The position numbers and the translations under genes are program-made. A stretch of 56,515 nt of DNA, counting the filler, from Sphacelaria rigidula (taxonomy: Eukaryota), in assembly GCA_964200075.2 (NCBI GenBank). It is 5 parts of 5 records of this genome, joined end to end, with 100 filler letters (N's around TTAATTAATTAA, not from the genome) between each part and the next. Parts side by side here need not be neighbours in the genome. Positions count along the whole stretch, not along the records: positions 45,293 to 56,515 come from CAXNAA020005214.1; 4 more parts are not named here. One strand, 5' to 3'. Each line of letters opens with the position of its first letter. Position 1 is the stretch's first letter. Below are positions 51,749 to 56,515 of this stretch, piece by piece. The notes beneath the pieces are model-generated. The model did not search any database. It had not been told where the DNA came from and worked only from the letters and a program-made list of their open reading frames with translations.

Positions 51749-53663
51749 GCGAGTTGTATGTGATCCGTCACAGTCACTATGGTTGACCTCACAAAATGTT
51801 GTCCACGTCACGTTTCTGAACCCACGCACGTGGTGTTACCTTGTGTGACCATCACTTTCATTGTGAGCCGGCAACACTCTACTGGGATGTCCGTCTGCTG
51901 TCACAGCTGGGACAAGCTTCATGTCATAGTGGTATGGGTGGGAATGGGGGCCGAATTTGGGTACCATATTTCGGGAAAATGAATCGCAAACGCTATATGC
52001 GTAAGAACTGGACCGTAATCGGGCGAATCATATGTATGAATAAAAAATACACGCGTCACCTAAAAACAACGGCCTGGCTCATGTGAAATGTTCTGTAAAC
52101 ATGGTACATATCTTCAAGCCTGTGAGTGGTCGATGTTAATATGATCTTGTTCCTCCGGATAACTCGCTCCAGATCAGCGGGTAGAAACTCTTGGTGCACT
52201 AGTGTCCAGCTGCTGCACTACTCGGGAAGCACACGGCCCACAAGCTGCCACCCCACGTTTACCGCCATTGCAAAGAGAAAAGGACAAGAACACGAACAGC
52301 GGCAGTTGTGGCCGCCACAAACCAACGTAACTGCAGTGAAAGGCGTGCCTGACATGGTGCTAGAACGAGAAGGTACGGAAATTTTGAGACCATGAGCAGC
52401 AGCGTCGCGCATGTGAAAACTGCTGAGAACGATGTTGATGATCTTGACGATCAAGAGGTTCACGCTGTGCAGATTTGCTGCGCGCTGAATGTCCGACACA
52501 CAACTGTGACTGCGGGATGCGAGAATGAATTCTCATGGGCCCCATGGGATCAGGGTCATGGCATGAGTAGGGGGAATCCCATCCTGTCAGTTGCGTGGGC
52601 ACGATCTGGTACACTCTGTCCAGATCAACATCTTCAACGTCAATTTTCCCCTACTGTCAAAATCTCATGAGGGACGAAGTTCGACAAACGTGTCGAAAAC
52701 AAGTTGTGAGGCCGGCAGAGACGAGATTGATGGTGATATGGGAAGGGGCGAGGTGAATCGGTTAGTCACCGACTGCGCTCCTTCCCGCCTGTGTAGTGTC
52801 CCCGTTTAAACAGCAAGTTGACTAAGGTCTTGAGCTCGGAAATGGTACCAGGTATAACTTGCCATTATCATTCTAAATGCAATAATGGTAATGGTTACGT
52901 GAAGATTTTGGATAATGGTTTCAAACCATTATTTCCCGTTACCGGCTACGTATGCTACATACAGCCCTTGAAAGTTGACTCAAATTTAACGTATTTTTTG
53001 GCTCTAGTGAAAAGTCAAATCGTGTTAAAATGTTCCTCCGGCACGGCGCCTCCAGCGTCGCCTTCCGGGGGCGCCTCGGGCGGGCCCCCCTCTTCCGGGG
53101 GGCTTTTTGGCTCGCGGCTGCGCCGCTCGATGACCAAACCATCATGTACCATTGAACTGGTTGATGGTGTGACGAACCATTTCCGAGCTCTGCTAAAGTC
53201 GCATAGCTTACATTATCTTTGCAGTATGTACAGGTAGTCAAGTGAAACATTTTTGTCTGCCGACCCGGTCATACGTGGCCAGTGCGTCATCGAAAATAAT
53301 CATTGCTCTAGACACCTTGGGTTCTGTCTCGAAAACGTCTGCGACAAGACAGCCGTATTTCATCTGTGAATTCACTCTCTGCAAGTCAAGGGATAAAAGG
53401 ATAATCGCTCATGATACGTGAGGTTGTCCTTTGTGCACATCCCCAGAGAACAGAGCAGCACATGGCGGACCGCCACCAAAGCGAATGTCATGGCATTGAT
53501 TGCTGCCAAAAAATAACATTTGGTCGAAGATGCAAGTTGACGCAAATCCCATGATTAGACAGTCTCCACTGATTATTTTTCTGCATCTTTATGCGTTTCG
53601 CGGGGGGATGGGGGGGGGGTCGGTGCGTGGTGTTTTGTGTTTGCAACGGTATTAATGACACAG

Positions 53664-53780
53664 GTTTTCGTCAACGGCTACCGGAATCACTTCAGCGGGA
53701 TAACTATGCTGTCCGAGGAAACAGAGCCGGACAAAGACGACAGCGGGGTGAACAGTTTGCAACTTCCTGCAGATATGAAG
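53664..53780 (+). CDS. IMPAD1: IMPAD1/gPAPP-like phosphatase, internal exon B
   Basis: acacag| then VFVNGYRNHFSGITMLSEETEPDKDDSGVNSLQLPADMK, containing the family F.gi.i.sEE metal-binding motif; donor AAG|GTGGAT; phase 0. Confidence 0.75.
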
Positions 53781-55458
53781 GTGGATCCACCATTGAGGTC
53801 ATGTTCCGTTTGTTTTTTCGCAATGAATGGATGCGATCGATGTAATGTAGTATTTGCGAAATTTCAGATTTTTGACAGGAAGATCTGAATTTTGCCAAAG
53901 GCAAATGTTAGCGCACTACAGTATTGTCCGTCACGCTGCATTTCGGTATTCGCTATATACATGAAATATACGAAATGATATTGGGAAGTAAACCGTACCC
54001 TGGACGATAGGTTCGATAGTATTCACAGTATACTATTTGCCAATGTAATTTTTTGTCATTAGATAGCAAACAAATGCGATTCATCCCATGCGCCCGATAC
54101 TTGAGTTTGCATCGTCCATCGTCAGCTTGCAGATTCCCTTGACCTCATTTTGTTTCTCTATTTTTTTTCAAATATTCAAACAGTCTGTAGCTTGGCGGTC
54201 TGGGCGCGACACGCCTCGGATAAACTGTCAGGGCATTGTACGCGCAAGGGGGGGGAACTTTAGTTCGGGATAACCTGATACCCATCGGGGTAACTTCGGG
54301 GAAAATTTCAATTCCCATTCCTTTCGTTCCTTTTTTTTTTCGCTGTATGCATGTCCATCGGGAAACGGATTTAGTAGCTATTCACTCCGTAATTTGTTCA
54401 GCTCAAAAGTATCTGCTTATTTATCTTGTATTTTTGTGTTTTTTTTGACAGCAGTGTTTTACGCGGTCGCCGTAGCTGTCTCACATCATAACGCTTGCTG
54501 TTTGCTTCATGTTGGCCTCTTCTGCGTATACCCTGGAGTTCACGCGCAATTTTGCATCCGGGAATATTCTGTCTTCTGACAGGAGGTCTGAGCGAGTTGT
54601 GGCGAAACATGATGTGAACGCAGTTCGTGAGTGTCACGTCGCCCTTGGCGTATGACATGTGCTGCCGCCTGATTTGTCGATAGACAAAGTAAAAACGGAT
54701 TATGTTACCTATCACTTGTATTCATGTGTTGTGGAATGATTACCCAACGGTGTTATCTATATATTTTTTGTATTTTCACTGTAAAAATGCAAATTCGCCC
54801 CGCCGCGCCCCGGTGGTTCAAATTAAAAGGATACAATTGGTACCGTTAGGGCGGACACAATGCGGGTTCGATTCCAGCCAGCTGCGTCTATTATTATAAT
54901 AGTTTGGCTCTTTTTGTGGCAAGGGCAAGTAATCGTGTCTACTCATCGTGTCTATAATGGTATTACTGTCTAATTTCCGTCATTGAAAGTGTAACGACGT
55001 CAGGACGTAAATGAGTAGCACAAGAAGAAGAATAAATGTGTTTGTCTGGGTGATGACAGTCGACGCGGTACGGGAGTGCTGATGGTTATGATCCAATCCG
55101 CGATGCCAAAATGTAAGGTGTGTACAGGGGGAGAAAAAGGTTGATACCTTGACACGTGACACCTCGGACTCGTTCCGCGGAATGAGAGGAATTACGGTTG
55201 AACGTGGGAACAAAAGCAAATCCGTCGCTGTTGCCTTCCTGCATTGCTCCTTGGACAATGCTGCTGCCTAACACTTTGCGGGAAAACGATAACGATGACA
55301 CACCGGAGCATCGGTCCTCTGTCATCTAGCACAGGTTACCATTACCTCTCTGGAAATATTACTGATGAAGTGAATGTCACTCCTTCCTTGTCGTCGGTCG
55401 CGTTTCTCCCCTTGGTCCTTTGGCGTGTGTTGCTGTGGCGCGGCGGTGCTTTCTCCAG

Positions 55459-55527
55459 CTGGAGGTAGACCTTACGTTGGATCTGTCGAAGGTGCTGGTC
55501 ATCGTCGACCCCCTCGACGCCACCAAG
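55459..55527 (+). CDS. IMPAD1: IMPAD1/gPAPP-like phosphatase, internal exon C
   Basis: ttctccag| then LEVDLTLDLSKVLVIVDPLDATK, with the IMPase catalytic DPLD(G/A)T motif; donor AAG|GTAACA; phase 0. Confidence 0.82.
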
Positions 55528-56515
55528 GTAACATGGATATGTAGAGTGAATACTGTATCATATCACTCTCAACAAAACTATGTCACCGCATGACACAGGC
55601 CATGATCCATGATCTACACTCTGTGAACGATGATGAAAGCGCCCGTGTATCCTTGCTGACTAGATTGTAGACCATACAAGCGGCTATTCCGTCAACTGTG
55701 CTGGCATTAGGTTCGCTGTGATAGTCCTCCTTGTATTTTGCCGGAGGCAAGAGGGTGAACTTCCACCTTGATTGCGTCCTTGGCTTTCATCGGTGCCGTA
55801 CCCTCTTCTTCTCTGCCATCACTTTCTTTCTCCACCGCTCTCTCTCTCTTCATCTCCATCTCTGTCCTTGTATCTCTCTCGTTGTTTCCATCCTCTCAGT
55901 GTTCTGTAGTAGCAGTTCGGTGTCTTGCTTCCGTGGGTATCGTCCGTGAGAGCTCATGTCCAAGTAGCACAGTCAGCAATAGCTGGACCGCAGTCTGCTC
56001 CCACGGCCTTTTGGTTTCGTCTTGTGTAAGGGTGCATGTGCCTTTTGCGCACCTTTTGCGCCTGCAGGCATGCTACAGGGACCGGCCATTCCTATTTTTC
56101 TTTCGTTTTTATTTCCTCGTTGACATTCTAGCAGGACTGTTGTTTTCCTTTTTCTTTTCCAATTATTCTCCGTGCCGTTCCTCCTTCCGCCACCTTTCTT
56201 TTTGCCCTTGATTTTGGATCTGTTTTTGGTTGCTTCTGTTTTTCTGTTTACTCCGTTCATGTGTATTCTCTTTTTGTTTTTCAGTCTTTTTTTTCTGTAG
56301 CGAGCGTTTTCGTTTTGTTAACGTCCGATATATCAATCTTACGACCAATCACGGCTGGGTCCCTGGTGGATCAGTAACTGCACTGTGCGACAATCAACCG
56401 ATCAAGTCGAGCCCATGAGGTGCCGGCGACTTGAAACATTTTTTTCGCTCCGCCCCCAAGCCAACGGCACAGGACACGCGCATCCACGACTCCGACAGCC
56501 GCACCGCACCTATGA

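Noticed and set aside
54582..54690. Extra exon-like segment inside the IMPAD1-like gene
   Set aside because: Contains an in-frame stop and is not needed, since exons B and C join in phase with family-typical spacing

Overview
Eukaryotic, repeat-rich, intron-rich genomic DNA. It is most consistent with a brown alga (Phaeophyceae); this is inferred from the short exons, long introns and repeat style, not proven. The window is not one locus: it is five pieces of exactly 11,223 bp (1-11223, 11324-22546, 22647-33869, 33970-45192, 45293-56515) joined by artificial N44-TTAATTAATTAA-N44 linkers. Almost all listed six-frame ORFs are spurious. Supportable content: (1) a spliced + strand HSF-type transcription-factor gene (28377 to at least 33623) with about 930 aa of polyQ, G/S, M-G-M-N and polyN sequence before a divergent HSF DNA-binding domain; (2) three small exons (51641-55527) of an inositol-monophosphatase-family gene resembling IMPAD1/gPAPP; (3) a complete pogo-type Tc1/mariner DNA transposon (48016-51346) with TIRs, a TA duplication and an intron-containing, disrupted transposase; (4) a 5'-truncated LINE plus many short 3'-end stubs of two related LINE families that end in oligo(C) and sit in oligo(G) tracts; (5) a partly decayed multi-exon minus-strand gene region (about 34850-44270) with coiled-coil and RING-like parts, possibly transposon cargo; (6) piggyBac-like and other MITEs, tRNA-derived SINEs, a hAT-like relic, several hairpins (up to about 880 bp) and simple repeats.
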